From: Eledone cirrhosa
Lineage: Eukaryota
Assembly (NCBI GenBank): GCA_964016885.1
Contig: OZ024751.1
Span: 25,854,001-25,918,000 of the forward strand
Length of the DNA stretch: 64,000 nt
Direction of reading: 5' to 3'
Under the pieces are notes generated by a model. It saw nothing but the letters and a program-made list of their open reading frames with translations, searched no databases and was not told where the DNA came from. Every line of letters begins with the position of its first letter. Position 1 is the stretch's first letter. The translations under genes were made by a program, and so were the position numbers. Below, piece by piece: positions 1 to 15,411 of the stretch.

Positions 1-85
1 CCCAGGTAAGAATACAGCAGATTTCTTCCAGAGAAGGAAAGAGAGTGAGAGACGGGAAGTGAGATATTTAGAAGAAGAATCTACC

Positions 86-215
86 CCGTACTGGAAAGGT
101 ACTTTTGTTATCGATCCAGAAAGGATGAAAGCCAAAGTTGACTTTGCTGGGATTTGAACTCGGGGAGCCGAAAAACATACTATCCGACGTTCTAACGACT
201 CACCCAATTCGTCGC
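86..215 (-). mobile_element. Diverged tRNA-derived SINE (family S), head-to-head with next copy
   Basis: Reverse complement matches 220-410 and 15193-15380 (GAGTTCAAATCCC B-box; ...CTTTCATCCTT..GGATCGATAA body). Confidence 0.75.
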
Positions 216-219
216 CATT

Positions 220-410
220 ATGGTGAATTAGCTGTATCGGTAGAGGGTTTAACGCCATGCTTTGCAGCATAGAGTTACAGCCCTTTATGGTCTGATTTCA
301 AATCCCGCCGAGGTTAACTTTGCCTTTCATCCTTACAGGGTCGATAAAATAAAACACCAGTAATACACTGGGATAATTGCTGGCCTTGTAGCAAATATAG
401 AAACAATTAT
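220..410 (+). mobile_element. tRNA-derived SINE (family S)
   Basis: A-box-like GGTGAATTAGCTGTATCGGTAG, B-box-like TTCAAATCCC, body TTTGCCTTTCATCCTTACAGGGTCGATAAAATAAA, tail TAGAAACAATTAT; more than 10 copies in window. Central domain resembles, from memory, the Meta/Sauria-type SINE core. Confidence 0.88.
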
Positions 411-574
411 ATGAGTATATTAAGATTAATCCTTTATATAAATTTATTTCGCACAGATATTGTTCCTATCCCCTTACTAAATTGTATTTTGTTGTAGAGC
501 TTAATGAATACATGCTTCGTTACATGAATTACAATGCAACTTGGAAGATTCGTGTTTGTTTAACTAACATGTTT

Positions 575-890
<316 letters not shown>

Positions 891-1234
891 TTCGCAGATG
901 TATATCGGTGAAAGATCTGTACACACAATGGCGCCTTAATTAGGTTTCTATCAAAACCTAAATCACAGAAATAGTTTTAATCCTATAAACACTTGTTGTA
1001 AACTAAGAAAAAACAAAACATGTTCACATTTACAGGAAAGCTTTCCATTTAATCTATCTTGTGGTACCTGCTAACAGCTAGGAAAACTGAGCCACCCTAG
1101 TGACAATGGTGGTGAGAGGGGAGAGAGAGACAGAGCAAGATGTGGTGTCCCAGAACCACAAGAGGTCTGGGAACAATGTCACCGGTTGCACTATCGACAC
1201 TGCATCAATATGACTTCTATGCGGGAAATCACTG

Positions 1235-1268
<34 letters not shown>

Positions 1269-1813
1269 TCAAAAACAACAACATCAACAACAACAACTCA
1301 ACATCATCAACAACAACAACAACAACACCTACAACAACACCTACAACAACAACTACAACTACTACTACTACAGCTACAACTACTACTACTACTACAGCTA
1401 CAACTACTACTACAACTACTACTAGTACTACAGCTACAACTACTACTACAACTACTACTACTACAGCTACAACTACTACTGTTACAACTACTACTACTAC
1501 AGCTACAACTACTACTACTACTACTACAGCTACAACTACTACTACTACAACTACTACAACTACTACTACTACAACTACTACTACTACTACAGCTACAACT
1601 ACTACTACTACTACTACAGCTACAACTACTACAACTACAGCTACTACTACTACAACTACTACTACTACTACAGCTACAACTACTACTACTACTACGGCTA
1701 CTACTACTACTACAACTACTACTACTACTACAACTACTACTACAACTACAGCTACAACTACTACTACAACTACTACAGCTACAACTACTACTACTACTAC
1801 AACTACTACTACA

Positions 1814-1846
<33 letters not shown>

Positions 1847-1847
1847 G

Positions 1848-1884
<37 letters not shown>

Positions 1885-2113
1885 AGCTACAACTACTACT
1901 ACAACTACAGCTACTACTACTACAGCTACAACTACTACTACTACTACAACTACTACTACAACTACTACTACTACTACTACTACTACTACAGCTACAACTA
2001 CTACTACTACTACAGCTACTACTACTACAACTACTACTACTACTACAGCTACAACTACTACTACTACTACAGCTACTACTACTACTACAACTACTACTAC
2101 TACTACAGCTACA

Positions 2114-2167
<54 letters not shown>

Positions 2168-2200
2168 GCTACTACTGCTACTACAGCTACAACGACGACC
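1235..2200. repeat. Compound trinucleotide array (CAA)n then (CTA/CAA/CAG)n
   Basis: Direct reading; source of poly-V/poly-S pseudo-ORFs. Confidence 0.95.
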
Positions 2201-2430
2201 AATCAAAACAAGAATAAAAGCAATAAAACAGAAAAGGTTTAATTAAATAAGCTTCAAAAAATCGGCCTCATTATAAAAGAGAAATATTTCAATTGTTGCC
2301 ATTAGCAACTGATTAGTTCAGCATATTCAAAATAATCCACCAAACCAAAACGTCATGAATTTAAATACCTGTAGGGCCCATACTTGTACCGTGTGTATAT
2401 CTATCACTTCTCTCTCTCTCTCTCTCTCAG

Positions 2431-2470
<40 letters not shown>

Positions 2471-2514
2471 ATGCTTGTATGTGTGTGTATGCTTGTATGT
2501 AAATATATGCACAG

Positions 2515-2566
<52 letters not shown>

Positions 2567-2567
2567 T

Positions 2568-2603
<36 letters not shown>

Positions 2604-2639
2604 TATACATATGTGTATATATATATGTGTGTCTGTGTG

Positions 2640-2739
<100 letters not shown>

Positions 2740-3077
2740 GCATTGCGGATATATTCATATATTTATTAATTCCTGGATTAATGCAAGAATTATCATTTTA
2801 GTATTATTAGTATTATCAGTATTATAAGATGAACATAGAAATAAGCCCTGAACAGGAAAGAAAACGAATAATTTTCTTATAAATATTTCCTATTAAAATA
2901 TTCTCATTTTTTTTACACATAAACCTTCCAGCATTTTGATTATTTATAGTGGGAGGATGGGGGGAGCTTTCAGTGGGTAAATCTGGTTTGGTTTGGTTTA
3001 TAGATTTTTGCTCTTGTTGCTGTTATGTTGTTGTTGCTGCTGCTGCTGCTGCTTTTGATATAATCTGTTGGATGTGT

Positions 3078-3610
3078 AGTGTTGGTGTTGGTGGTGTTGT
3101 TGGTGGTGGTGGTGTTGTTGGTGGTGTTGATGGTGATGGTGGTGTTGGTGGTGGTGGTGGTGTTGTTGGTGGTGTTGTTGGTGTTGTTGGTGTTGGTGGT
3201 GTTGGTGGTGGTGTTGGTGGTGGTGTTGGTGGTGGTGGTGGTGTTGGTGGTGGTGCTGGGGGTGTTGGTGGTGTTGGTGGTGTTGTTGGTGGTGGTGGTG
3301 TTGTTGGTGTTGGTGGTGTTGGTGGTGTTGGTGGTGGTGGTGTTGGTGGTGTTGTTGGTGGTGTTGGTGGTGGTGCTGGGGATGTTGGTGGTGGTGGTGG
3401 TGTTGGTGTTGTTGGTGCTGGTGTTGGTGTTGGTGGTGTTGGTGTTGGTGGTGTTGGTGTTGGTGTTGGTGTTGGTGGTGGTGGTGTCAGGGGTGTTGGT
3501 GTTGGTGGTGTTGGTGCTGGTGTTGGTGTTGGTGTTGGTATTGGTGTTGGTGGTGTTGGTGCTGGTGTTGGTGTTGGTGTTGGTGTTGGTATTGGTGTTG
3601 GTGCTGGTGT
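3078..3610. repeat. (GGT/GTT)n trinucleotide array
   Basis: Direct reading. Confidence 0.95.
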
Positions 3611-4126
3611 TCAAAATATTATCTCTTCCACTACAAATATATTTCAATATATTTGAGACTCTTTCGAGATTCTTGATATTGATTCAGAGGTGAATACATT
3701 AATTAGTCAGGGACGTATTGTTGTTGTTGTTGTTATCGTTATCCTTATTATTATTATTGTTATTATTATCGTTATTATTTTAATTAGCGGTGTCTTATGA
3801 AGCCCAGACACCTATACTCCCTCACGTACACCTAAACCACACATATTAACATACACACACACACACACAGACACGCTCACATACACATGAAGAGACTCTT
3901 ACACACTCTCCCGCAATCTACTGACACACACATATCAACATACACACACACTCACATATAAAGAGATTGTCACACACGCAAAAATACATATACATGACAA
4001 GACATTCCTAACACAAACATACAATCAGACGCACATACACTCGCACAAACAACATACAGAAGAAATACTCCCACACACATGCACACACAAAACATATCCA
4101 CTCACACAGAAACACACACACACATA

Positions 4127-4226
4127 CAGGGTGTCCCAAAAAATGCATACACACTTCAACAGCATTCTAATAAATTTTACCTGTACAGGTAATCAAAGTG
4201 TGTATACATTTTTGGGGGACACCCTG
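4127..4226. mobile_element. Tc1/mariner-type MITE (100 bp)
   Basis: TA|CAGGGTGTCCCAAAAAATGCATACACACTT...AAGTGTGTATACATTTTTGGGGGACACCCTG|TA: about 30-bp TIRs with TA target duplication. Confidence 0.88.
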
Positions 4227-4264
4227 TATATATACATTGAGAGATACTTACACACACACAGACA

Positions 4265-4617
4265 AACACACACTCACACACTGACAAGAACCACATATAC
4301 TTACACACACACACACACACACACTCACACACACTCACAAGAACCACATATACTTACACACATACTCATACACACTCACAAGAACGACATATACTTACAC
4401 ACACACACTCACAAGAACCACACACAAACTCACACGCACACACAAGAACCACACACACACACACACTCACAAGAACCACACACATACACACACACACTCA
4501 CAAGAACCACACACACACACACACAAGAACCACACACACACTCATAAGAACCACACACAAGAACCAAACACACACTCACAAGAACCACATACATACACAC
4601 ACACACACCCAGAAGAA

Positions 4618-4659
<42 letters not shown>

Positions 4660-5080
4660 GAACCACACACACACACACACACACACAGAACAACCACACA
4701 CACACACACTCACAAGAACGACACAGCTCACACACACACTCACAAGAACCACACACACACACACACACTCACAAGAACCACACACACACACACACACACA
4801 CACACCCAGAAGAACCACACACACACACACACTCACAAGACCCACACACACACACTCACAAGAACCACACACACACACTCACACACACACACACACTCAC
4901 AAGAACGACACAGCACACACACTCACTCACAAGAACCACACACACACACACACACAGAAGAACCACACACACACACACACACCCAGAAGAACCACACACA
5001 CACACACACACTCACAAGAACCACACACACACACACACACACACTCACAAGAACCACACACACACTCACAAGAACCACAC
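4265..5080. repeat. Minisatellite CTCACAAGAACCA separated by variable (CA)n
   Basis: More than 25 copies of the (A)CAAGAACCAC / AGAAGAACCAC motif. Confidence 0.9.
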
Positions 5081-5348
5081 GATCTACAGAAATGATATAA
5101 CTGGGGATGTCCGCCATCACAGAAATGATATAACTCGAGATGTCCGCCATCACAGACATTAAAACAGCCATACTAAGAATTTCTCTGTGCCACCACATCA
5201 TGATTGAAGTCCTGGGAAGACCTGGCTTGGTTGGAGATGCTCAGCCACTTGCTATGCATGTTCATGAAGGAACTATGGAATATAACTCTCTCTTTCTCTC
5301 CCTCCCTCTTTCTCTGTCTCTCTCGCTCACTCTCTTTCTTTCTTTCTT

Positions 5349-5400
<52 letters not shown>

Positions 5401-6096
5401 CTCTCTCCCTCTCTTGAGATAGAGAGAGTGAGAGAGAGAGGGGAAGCCAGTAAGTAGAGATACGTAGGATTCATGACGAATGATTGAAATATTTAGAAAT
5501 TATTTATCTTCCTCAAATAAATTTGTTTATATAACATTTGCTGAAATCAAAACTAATATGGCGTCATATGTTTTGTATCGTTTATGATAGCAAATTATTT
5601 TATTTTCAGTCTTTCTTTTATTCCAAGACTTCGCTCGTAACAAAGGATCTAGTATATATTATATTGTGATCACAAAAATTTAGTTTTATCTCAACAAAAA
5701 TAACCACATTCTTTCGTTTCCTTCTTCTTTTCATTCTTTCGTTTCATTCTTCCTTTCATTTTTCCTTTACGTCTTTCTTACTTTGTGCCATTCTTTCATC
5801 GTTTTTCTTTCTCATACATTATTTAAATACTGGGACAATGAAATAAATTATTCTGAATATCCCTTCATTCTCAGCAAGATGTAGTAAGGCGAACACCAAG
5901 GGAATACATTCATTTATATTCTGTTCAGTTCTTAACTAATTTTTCCTTGATAATCAGATTACCAGACAGAAGACAGTTTATATAAGAGAAAATACTTTTT
6001 TAAATATATATACATATATATATATGTATACATATGTGTGTGTGTGTGCGTGCGTGTGTGTGTATGTTTGTATAAATGTGTGCATATATATATGTT

Positions 6097-6247
<151 letters not shown>

Positions 6248-6319
6248 TGTACATATATATGTATATATGTATATATATATATGTGCATACATACACACAG
6301 ATATATTCATATATTATCA

Positions 6320-6407
<88 letters not shown>

Positions 6408-6589
6408 AAGAGAGATAAATGTAGAACATTCAATCCTAAAGTTGCTTTGTATATGATTTATATTTCTCATTTCCTCAAAGAAGCATATGTAAGCATATAT
6501 TTATCTACTTCCGCATCTGTTATTTTTATCTAAAGACATTTTTTCCGATTCCATCCCGCCCGTCCCCTCAATCTATCTTATTTCCCATT

Positions 6590-6630
6590 ATTTCGTCTGA
6601 TGAAGGATTAGCGTCCGAAACGTTAAGACC
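6590..6630 (+). ncRNA. Minimal type I hammerhead motif (Penelope-type, stem I degenerate)
   Basis: CTGATGA-A-GGA(ttagcg)TCC-GAAA-CG-TTA-agac; followed by about 90-nt tail ending in (TA)n. Confidence 0.55.
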
Positions 6631-6712
6631 ATGTTCCTACTATATCAAGCGTTAACCTAATATATCCCTTCCATATACTGTACCGATTGTGTTGTTATTT
6701 CTGTTTACCTTT

Positions 6713-6780
<68 letters not shown>

Positions 6781-7176
6781 GTAATTCCGTCGGAAAGGTC
6801 CAGGAAAAAAGAGTGCTCTATGTAGGTTACAGAGCTTATAAGTTATGTAATAAACAACATAAGATAATTATTTCATTTGCCAAAATTTACTTTCAGTCAT
6901 CAGAATGAAAAGATCCTGGTTTATTTATTGACAGTGGATTTTAAAAACAAAAATATAATCTATATGAAAGGGAGGCTGGAAAAGGAAGAAGGAAAGGAAA
7001 AAGAATAAATATAAAAGTAGATAAACACACATGCACACACACACACACACGTGCGCGCACACACACATATACATACACACACACACATATATATATATAT
7101 ATACATACACACATATATACACATGCATATATATATATATATCCATACATACACATACACATAAATACACAAACAA

Positions 7177-7229
<53 letters not shown>

Positions 7230-7693
7230 TAATCATACATATATACACACGTACATACACACACATACATACACACATATATACACGCATACATACGCAC
7301 ACACATATATAGATATATGTACACACACCTACATACGCACACACACAATTAATTATTAGAATAAATAAAAAAAATACTGAACAACCATATAATACAATAG
7401 GCTGTCACATTTAAGAAAATAAAAATAAAAATTATTATAAAGTTGACAGCGATACAGGAAAGGACACAAATAAATAAACAAACACACGTGGTAAGCAATA
7501 CACACATTTACACAAACACATACATACATATAAATATATACATACACACACATACACACACATATACATATATGAAAGTGAGGCTGGAAAAAGAAGAAGG
7601 AAAGGAAAAATAATAAATATAAAAGTAGATAAACACACAAGCACACACACATATACATACTTTCCTGGACCTTTCCGACGGAATTACTTCATT

Positions 7694-7752
<59 letters not shown>

Positions 7753-7889
7753 TAGTGCGAACACACTATCTTGAAGATATTTTGTTTTGCATTAATATCG
7801 TTATATTATATATTCCTATGGTATATATGTATATGAAAATAATTAAAACTGCAACAGGTCATGGCTAGTGATTTCTTGGGGCAAATAAT

Positions 7890-7992
7890 AGTTTCTATTT
7901 TAGGCACAAGGCCAGCAATTAACCAGTACATTACTGGTACTTTATTTTATCGACCCCGTAAAGATGAAAGGCAAAGTTAACCTCGGCGGGAT
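7890..7992 (-). mobile_element. SINE family S, 3' part
   Basis: Reverse complement of family S body and tail. Confidence 0.85.
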
Positions 7993-8448
7993 TGGGGCAA
8001 ATAATGTGACGATAATCGATGGAAGTAAAGCTATTTTATACGTGAAGTCATGTTATGGATTATAGGTTTAAAGCCTTTAATCGGTCTTTTGTTTGATGAT
8101 GGGAAAGCTAATACTGAGTTATGAACCATTATCATTAGTTGAATTTCACCGTTCCTTAATTGCAGGCGATGTTAGTAGTCTCTCTCCATTCCGACAACAG
8201 AAATTGTACGGAAGTTTTATATAGCAGCTCGTAAAGATATTTTGGATATTAAAGCTTTGCGGATAACCAGATTAAACGCTAAAGATTGTTTGGATCACAG
8301 TTGTGTGATTGTTAACATAAAGCCTCTCAAAAAGACAGCCTTGATTGGAACTGTTCGAAGAATCTTTCACAGACCTTTGTGAAACTGACAAAAACGTGTT
8401 ACGTTAATCTACTGGTTATTAGATCTTTGGGGGAAGATTACAAATTAA

Positions 8449-8671
8449 CCCTTTAGTATTTATATTACTCTATATTTACTATTGTATTTTCGTGGTAAAG
8501 GCTTTACCTAATATAATTATCTCACATAATATCGAATCTATGAGATTTTGGTATTATTTATTTTGAGAACAATACGTCAATGTCAGTATGAGTGGTCGGT
8601 TACAGCGGTTTTAAAAAGAAAGAGGTGAGAGATAATTCTGGTTGGATATGGTCGGTTTAAATGTTAAAGTG
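8449..8671. mobile_element. piggyBac-type MITE (decayed right end)
   Basis: TTAA|CCCTTTAGTATTTA...TAAATGTTAAAGTG; homologous copy ending at 15899 has CTAAAGGG|TTAA. Confidence 0.7.
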
Positions 8672-8902
8672 TTCAAGATTAGTTGGAGGACAGTACTGTG
8701 ATTGTGAATATTGAGCCTCTGAAAAAGACAGACACTACACCCCGCACCACACAACGTGTGGCGGGATGTGATATGGTGTGGTGTAGTATTGGATGGTGGG
8801 GTGTGATGTGGTGCGGTCTGGTGTGGTGTGGTGGTTCGTGGTGTTACGTTAGTCGACTGGTTATGGACAGCAAACACGAAGAAGGTCTTTACTCTTGCCA
8901 TT

Positions 8903-9136
8903 TATACACTGCTAATGACTGTATTTACACTATCTATACACTGTTAATGACTGTATTTACACTATCTATACACTGTTAATAACTGTATTTACACTATCTA
9001 TACACTGTTAATAACTGTATTTACACTATCTATACACTGTTAATGACTGTATTTACACTATCTATACACTGTTAATAACTGTATTTACACTATCTATACA
9101 CTGTTAATAACTGTATTTACACTATCTATACACTGT
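8903..9136. repeat. 32-bp minisatellite, about 7 copies
   Basis: ACTGTATTTACACTATCTATACACTGTTAAT(G/A), units start at 8918, 8950, ... Confidence 0.95.
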
Positions 9137-9438
9137 CTAGAAAACTAAGGTGTGTGAAGAAAAAGTTCCATAGTAATAAGATACAGTCTAACATTATACT
9201 TTCACGTCTACCATGTTGTTTTGGTATCCTATAAGATTATCAAGTGCACAAGTCGTACACGATGCATACGATGCACCACATGCACTGATGCATTTCTGCT
9301 CCTTTAGCGACATTACAGTTTAATTTGTGTGTGAAATGGACCGCGGAGTTTACTTCAATGTCAGTTTTGGTCATAAACTTTGCTCTGGTCATTTACAGGC
9401 TTATATATACATATAGATATACATATATATATATATAT

Positions 9439-9505
<67 letters not shown>

Positions 9506-9519
9506 TATATATATATATT

Positions 9520-9676
<157 letters not shown>

Positions 9677-9743
9677 ATATGTATATATATATAGTCAACG
9701 AAAATCAGCAAAACAACAAGAATACTTTTCGCGCCAAGAGCCA

Positions 9744-9815
9744 AACGCTGTACGATTTCAATCTTACGGAGAAAAAAGAACGTTTGGCCCAACCTGAAAA
9801 ATTTACAACAGCGTC
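9744..9815 (-). ncRNA. Degenerate type I hammerhead-like motif (U3-A8 core variant)
   Basis: RC: GACGCTG-TTGTAAA-[stem II]-GAAA-TCG-TA^CAGCGTT; 7-bp stem I; tail runs into (TA)n at about 9692. Confidence 0.4.
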
Positions 9816-9834
9816 CTCTGTCCTTTAGCCTACC

Positions 9835-10378
9835 AACGGACTTCTTTAGACGCCTGGAAGCCTTTCTGGGTACGTCTCACCCTTTACTGTTAGCGGGGGA
9901 CTGGAACGGCATCTTAGACGCACGCTGGGATTGTGTGGGAGTAGCTGATAGGAACGGGGGTTGCAAAAGTCTTAAGTACCTGATCAGCCAGTTCGAACTG
10001 TCTGACAGGTACCGACTAGATTTCCCTAATGCGCCAGTGTGGCCCTGGACAAACCGTTTAAGGACATTTAGATCGTACTTAGATAGGTTTCTAATTAGAT
10101 TAGTGGAAAGGATAGTATAGGGTGTCCACAATTCCATACGGTCGCCTATTCAGACCACAAGTTTGTGATCTGCATGATCGAACAAGATAAGACGCGTAGG
10201 TTAGGACCTGGTTACTCGAAGCTGAACATCTCGTTTCCTGTACGTGAGGCTTACAGGGACCGGGTCAACAATTTAGTTAAGCAAAGGTTCACAGGGGGAG
10301 GGGTCATCAATAGCAGGTCGTGGGGGCTCTCAAAAGAGAGATTAGAATAATTCCGATAAGGTTTAGCAAAGAAGTAGC
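9835..10378 (+). mobile_element. L1/Tx1-clade LINE fragment (APE endonuclease region), decayed
   Basis: Translates LLLAGDWNGILD...LSDRYRLDFP...WTN...SYLDRFLI...YSDHK; homologous to 25100-25440 on minus strand. Confidence 0.85.
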
Positions 10379-10766
10379 TAATAAGCTATCTACTTATGTA
10401 ATTATTTATTTGTCATACTATATGTACATCGATAGCACATGTGAAAGACTTTCATAACGTTTTCGAATACCTAATTTCATTCAAAAATATTTGATTGATA
10501 CCAGGTGAAGATAAAATACACTTGCCCAAAATGCCAGGCCATGGGATGGAAACCGACACCTCATGGAGACTAATCGAATTTATTAACCACTCCGCCAAAA
10601 TTGAAGCTGATAGTTCATTCACTCACTCGATTATTTTGCGCATCGTCCACTTCACACTATGAAGCAGATATTTAAAACACTACCGTTTTAAAGATGACAA
10701 CACAGTTTACTTGTTAAAGATGTTTTATTCATATGAATGGAAAATAAATACAGAAATAAATAAGGA

Positions 10767-10874
10767 AAGAAGAAGAAGAAGAAGAAGAAGAAGAAGAAGA
10801 AGAAGAAGAAGAAGAAGAAGAAGAAGAAGAAGAAGAAGAAGAAGAAGAAGAAGAAGAAGAAGAAGAAGAAGAAA
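10767..10874. repeat. (GAA)n
   Basis: Direct reading. Confidence 0.95.
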
Positions 10875-11217
10875 ACGATTGAATAGAACTAAAAAATAAC
10901 GAAAAGAATACATTTAAAAAATAAAAAAAACGGAAAGCGAGAAATAAAAAAAGATGGCGGCTTCATTTCCTCCAATTTTCTAGCAGAAAAGTACAAATGA
11001 TAAGAGAAGAAAATTAAACGTCCATATGTAATATGAGAGTTTGTGTAGCAGTCAATCTTAGAAAGAAAACGTATGACAAAAATCAATTAAATAACATTTA
11101 CTCTTAATGCATGCGATAAAATGAAAACCAGGAATATCGCAAAGAACATTTTTTTATTTTGTTTCTTACGCCATTTTCTTTTGTTGTTTAGCGCATTTTT
11201 CATATAAACATACGTAC

Positions 11218-11294
<77 letters not shown>

Positions 11295-11297
11295 TAT

Positions 11298-11378
<81 letters not shown>

Positions 11379-11396
11379 TATATACATATATATATA

Positions 11397-11477
<81 letters not shown>

Positions 11478-11585
11478 CTAGAAATTAGATTTTTTTCTTC
11501 ATCCCGTTTGCCTATTATAACTAGAATTGAATAGAGATGGAAACTTGACATACGGCAGGCCTTTTTTTTCTTCTTCTTCTTCTTC

Positions 11586-11682
<97 letters not shown>

Positions 11683-11952
11683 CAGTGTCGTCTTATCCTT
11701 CAATTTCTCCGTTGTCTCCTCGCTTGGTTTGTATATATTTAATTATTTTTTATTTCAATTTCCTTCCCGATCCTGTTTTCTTCATCTTCTTCTTGTTTTA
11801 TCAATCTCTTCTTCAACTTGATATTTCAATTGGTCGCAATAAAAATAAAATGAAAATATTATATAAATTACTGTGGCTCTATGAGTGTACGCAAGCATGT
11901 TCATAACATGAATGGGTATGCACACAGATACACACACACACACACACACATA

Positions 11953-12044
<92 letters not shown>

Positions 12045-12144
12045 ATATGTATGTATATATAATATATACATATATACATATACATATAAGTATATATATA
12101 AATATCCATATATATATATACATACATATATATAAGTTATATAC

Positions 12145-12217
<73 letters not shown>

Positions 12218-12629
12218 TTATTCTCTTATACATTTGTGTAATAAACACACTAGCCATGCACTGGATGAAGGAGTCATATATTGTTTATAAAGCCAATATA
12301 ATATTTATTATCAATAGTTTTGTCTAACTCCTTCAGTTACTATTGAATAGGTAAAATCAAAATGGCGAACGTACTTTAAGGTGTGTGTTATTAAGCGCCT
12401 GGATCACATCACGTGTTGATGTTGGTGAGTTAGGACACCTATCACACAAACACACAAACACACACGCAGATGCACACACACATACACACATAAAGCACAC
12501 ATACACACACATATATATATACATGTATATACATATATATATATATATGTATATATATATTATAATAAAATATTAGGAGGCTGGACTTGTGTAAATCCTT
12601 GAAAGGTTTATTGTACTATGATCATTTCA

Positions 12630-12780
12630 ATCATCATCATCATCATTTTACGTCCGCTTTTCCCTGCTTGCAAGGGTGGGACGGGAATTGATGCTGGCTA
12701 CATTTCTACAGCTGGATGCCCTTCCTAACACCAACCTCATTTACAGTGAGTGCTGGGTGCTTTTTTGCTGTGGCACCTCC
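12630..12780 (-). mobile_element. SINE 3' part with (GAT)n tail
   Basis: RC contains GGTTGGTGTTAGGAAGGGCATCCAGC and ends GCGGACGTAAAA(TGA)n. Confidence 0.55.
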
Positions 12781-12834
12781 ACGACCACTCTACAGTGGAA
12801 TGATAGAGACCCCAGTCCCTATCATCTCATTTCT

Positions 12835-12968
12835 ACAGCTGAGTAAACTGGAGCAATGTGAAATAAAGTGTCTTGCTCAAGGAAACAACACATCACCCGG
12901 TCTGAGAATTGAACTCACAACTTTTCGATTGCAAGCCCCAATGCTCTAACCACTAAGCCATGTGCCTC
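12835..12968 (-). mobile_element. tRNA-head SINE with CORE-like segment
   Basis: RC: TGGCTTAGTGGTTAGAGC (A box), GAGTTCAATTC (B box), CCTTGAGCAAGACACTTT (CORE-like). Confidence 0.7.
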
Positions 12969-13596
12969 CATGTGCCTCAATATATATGTATATATATACA
13001 CACACATATATAATCACACACACACATACACAGAGTGAGAGACGAGAGAGATTGATAGATATCGATATATATATACACATAGATCATCAACCTTACTGGA
13101 TTCTGTCTACCATGTTCAACACTTATGCCAAGAATGCGACAAGCAAAAGTGTTGACATTTCGGAAATTGGGAAGAATGTTAACCATTTAAGCTTAAATCA
13201 AAATATATATGTATGTACGTCAATACTCATCTTTTTCCATTTCTCTGAGGGTTCTTAACCCCACTATCAGGCTAAATAATTTATTTAATTTCTTTAGTCA
13301 AAATACGGCGATAGCTAACATTTCTAATAATTTCAAATCCACTCGCTGTTTCGAAAATATTCTTACGTATAAAAATATGTTTTTTTATTTTAAAACCAAT
13401 ATGTATTTCCTATGGATTACTCCTGCATTACCTCTGTTCTACTCTGTTGACTTCTTGCCCCTTCGTATCGCTGTTGCATTTTACAAATGTACTGTACGTA
13501 CATTACGTAGAGTACAGTGAATTACCCTTATCTCAGGTATACCTGCATCTTCAGAGACTTCATAAAATATATTACACCTTTGTATATTCTATCATA

Positions 13597-13755
13597 GGCA
13601 CCGACATTGCAGAGTAGTTAGAATGTAAGATAGAATACCTTGTGGTATTTGTTCCGGCTCTCTGCTCTCTGAGTTCAAATCCCGCCGGGGTCAACTTTAC
13701 CTTTCATCCTTTCGACGTCGATAAAAAAAAGTACCAGTCTAGTACTGGGGTTGAT
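13597..13755 (+). mobile_element. Diverged SINE family S
   Basis: GAGTTCAAATCCCGCC...CTTTCATCCTTTCGACGTCGATAAAA. Confidence 0.75.
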
Positions 13756-14640
13756 TCTTCCTCTATATCTCTTTCTCATTTCCTTTCTCTCACTTTCTAT
13801 CTTTCACTGGAAAAAAAACTCCTAAACTCAGGCCTGGAGAGGGGGTCAGCTCCGCCTGGCTGAAATACCCAAGAAACGCCGTACGTCAATACGGCGCCCC
13901 TACGAATCTCCCAGGCGTTACGGGGCCATACATATATATATTCTATCACAACTCTGAGGATTAAGTTAAATTAAGTGTTAAATGTAAATTCCTTGAGGTA
14001 ATGATCAGGTTATAATATATCGATATATCTCTATATGTGAATAATAGAGCTTAAGTGAATTTCTTAACATTTTCTCTTTTTTTTTGTTTATCCTGTTGAA
14101 ACGAGTGTAAACCAAATAAACTTGAAAGAGGTTATCGAGTAGAACTGAATGTAATAGTAGTAAGTTTAAATCTTCTCTAGAATTGTAATACAGCGCGAGA
14201 TACAAATGTTATTTAGCGAAGACTTAAACATACTGACGAGGTCTTAATTGATGTTTACCTTAATCGATAATTGATGATTAGTACTAATCAGTGTAATCGA
14301 TGGTGAACATTCAATATACTCTTATTGTCAGAAACAGATCTGTCTATGATTGGATAGTCAGATGTGGAAGTACGGCCATTTTAACTATAACATAATCCAT
14401 ATGTGAGTAATGTTTTTATTTAACACTTAATTTGTATTTAAATCTCCATATTGTGCTATATATGTATCTGTGTATTAAATACTCGTATCTTTCTCAATTG
14501 ATTTATCTCCATATATTGTTTAAAATATATTATATTTTGGATGTTCTCAACAAATGTTTATTGAGCTTTTACTGAGAAACACTATTGATACATATTTTAT
14601 ATGTATTGATTACACCTAAAATTAAGTTATATATATATAT

Positions 14641-15162
<522 letters not shown>

Positions 15163-15192
15163 TATATATATATAATATATATATATATAAGA

Positions 15193-15379
15193 GGGCGGTG
15201 AATTGGCAGTATCGGTAGAGAGTCGGACGCCATGCTTTCCAGCATAGTTACGTCCCTTTACGGTCTGAGTTCAAATCCCGTCGAGGTTCACTTTGCCTTT
15301 CATCCTTACGGGGTCGATAAAATAAAGTACCAGTAATGTACTGGGTAATTGCTGGCCTTGTGCCAAAAGTAGAAACAAT

Positions 15380-15380
<1 letters not shown>
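15193..15380 (+). mobile_element. SINE family S, full length
   Basis: GGCGGTGAATTGGCAGTATCGGTAG ... GAGTTCAAATCCC ... GAAACAATT. Confidence 0.9.

Positions 15381-15407
<27 letters not shown>

Positions 15408-15411
<4 letters not shown>

Noticed and set aside
1-12. CAG|GTAAG splice donor at the window start
   Set aside because: Upstream exon would lie outside the window; cannot be supported
8903-9136. 32-bp repeats as a possible CRISPR array
   Set aside because: No spacers, eukaryotic context, no cas genes
15193-15290. tRNA gene
   Set aside because: A/B boxes belong to a SINE head; no convincing cloverleaf and it continues into the SINE body
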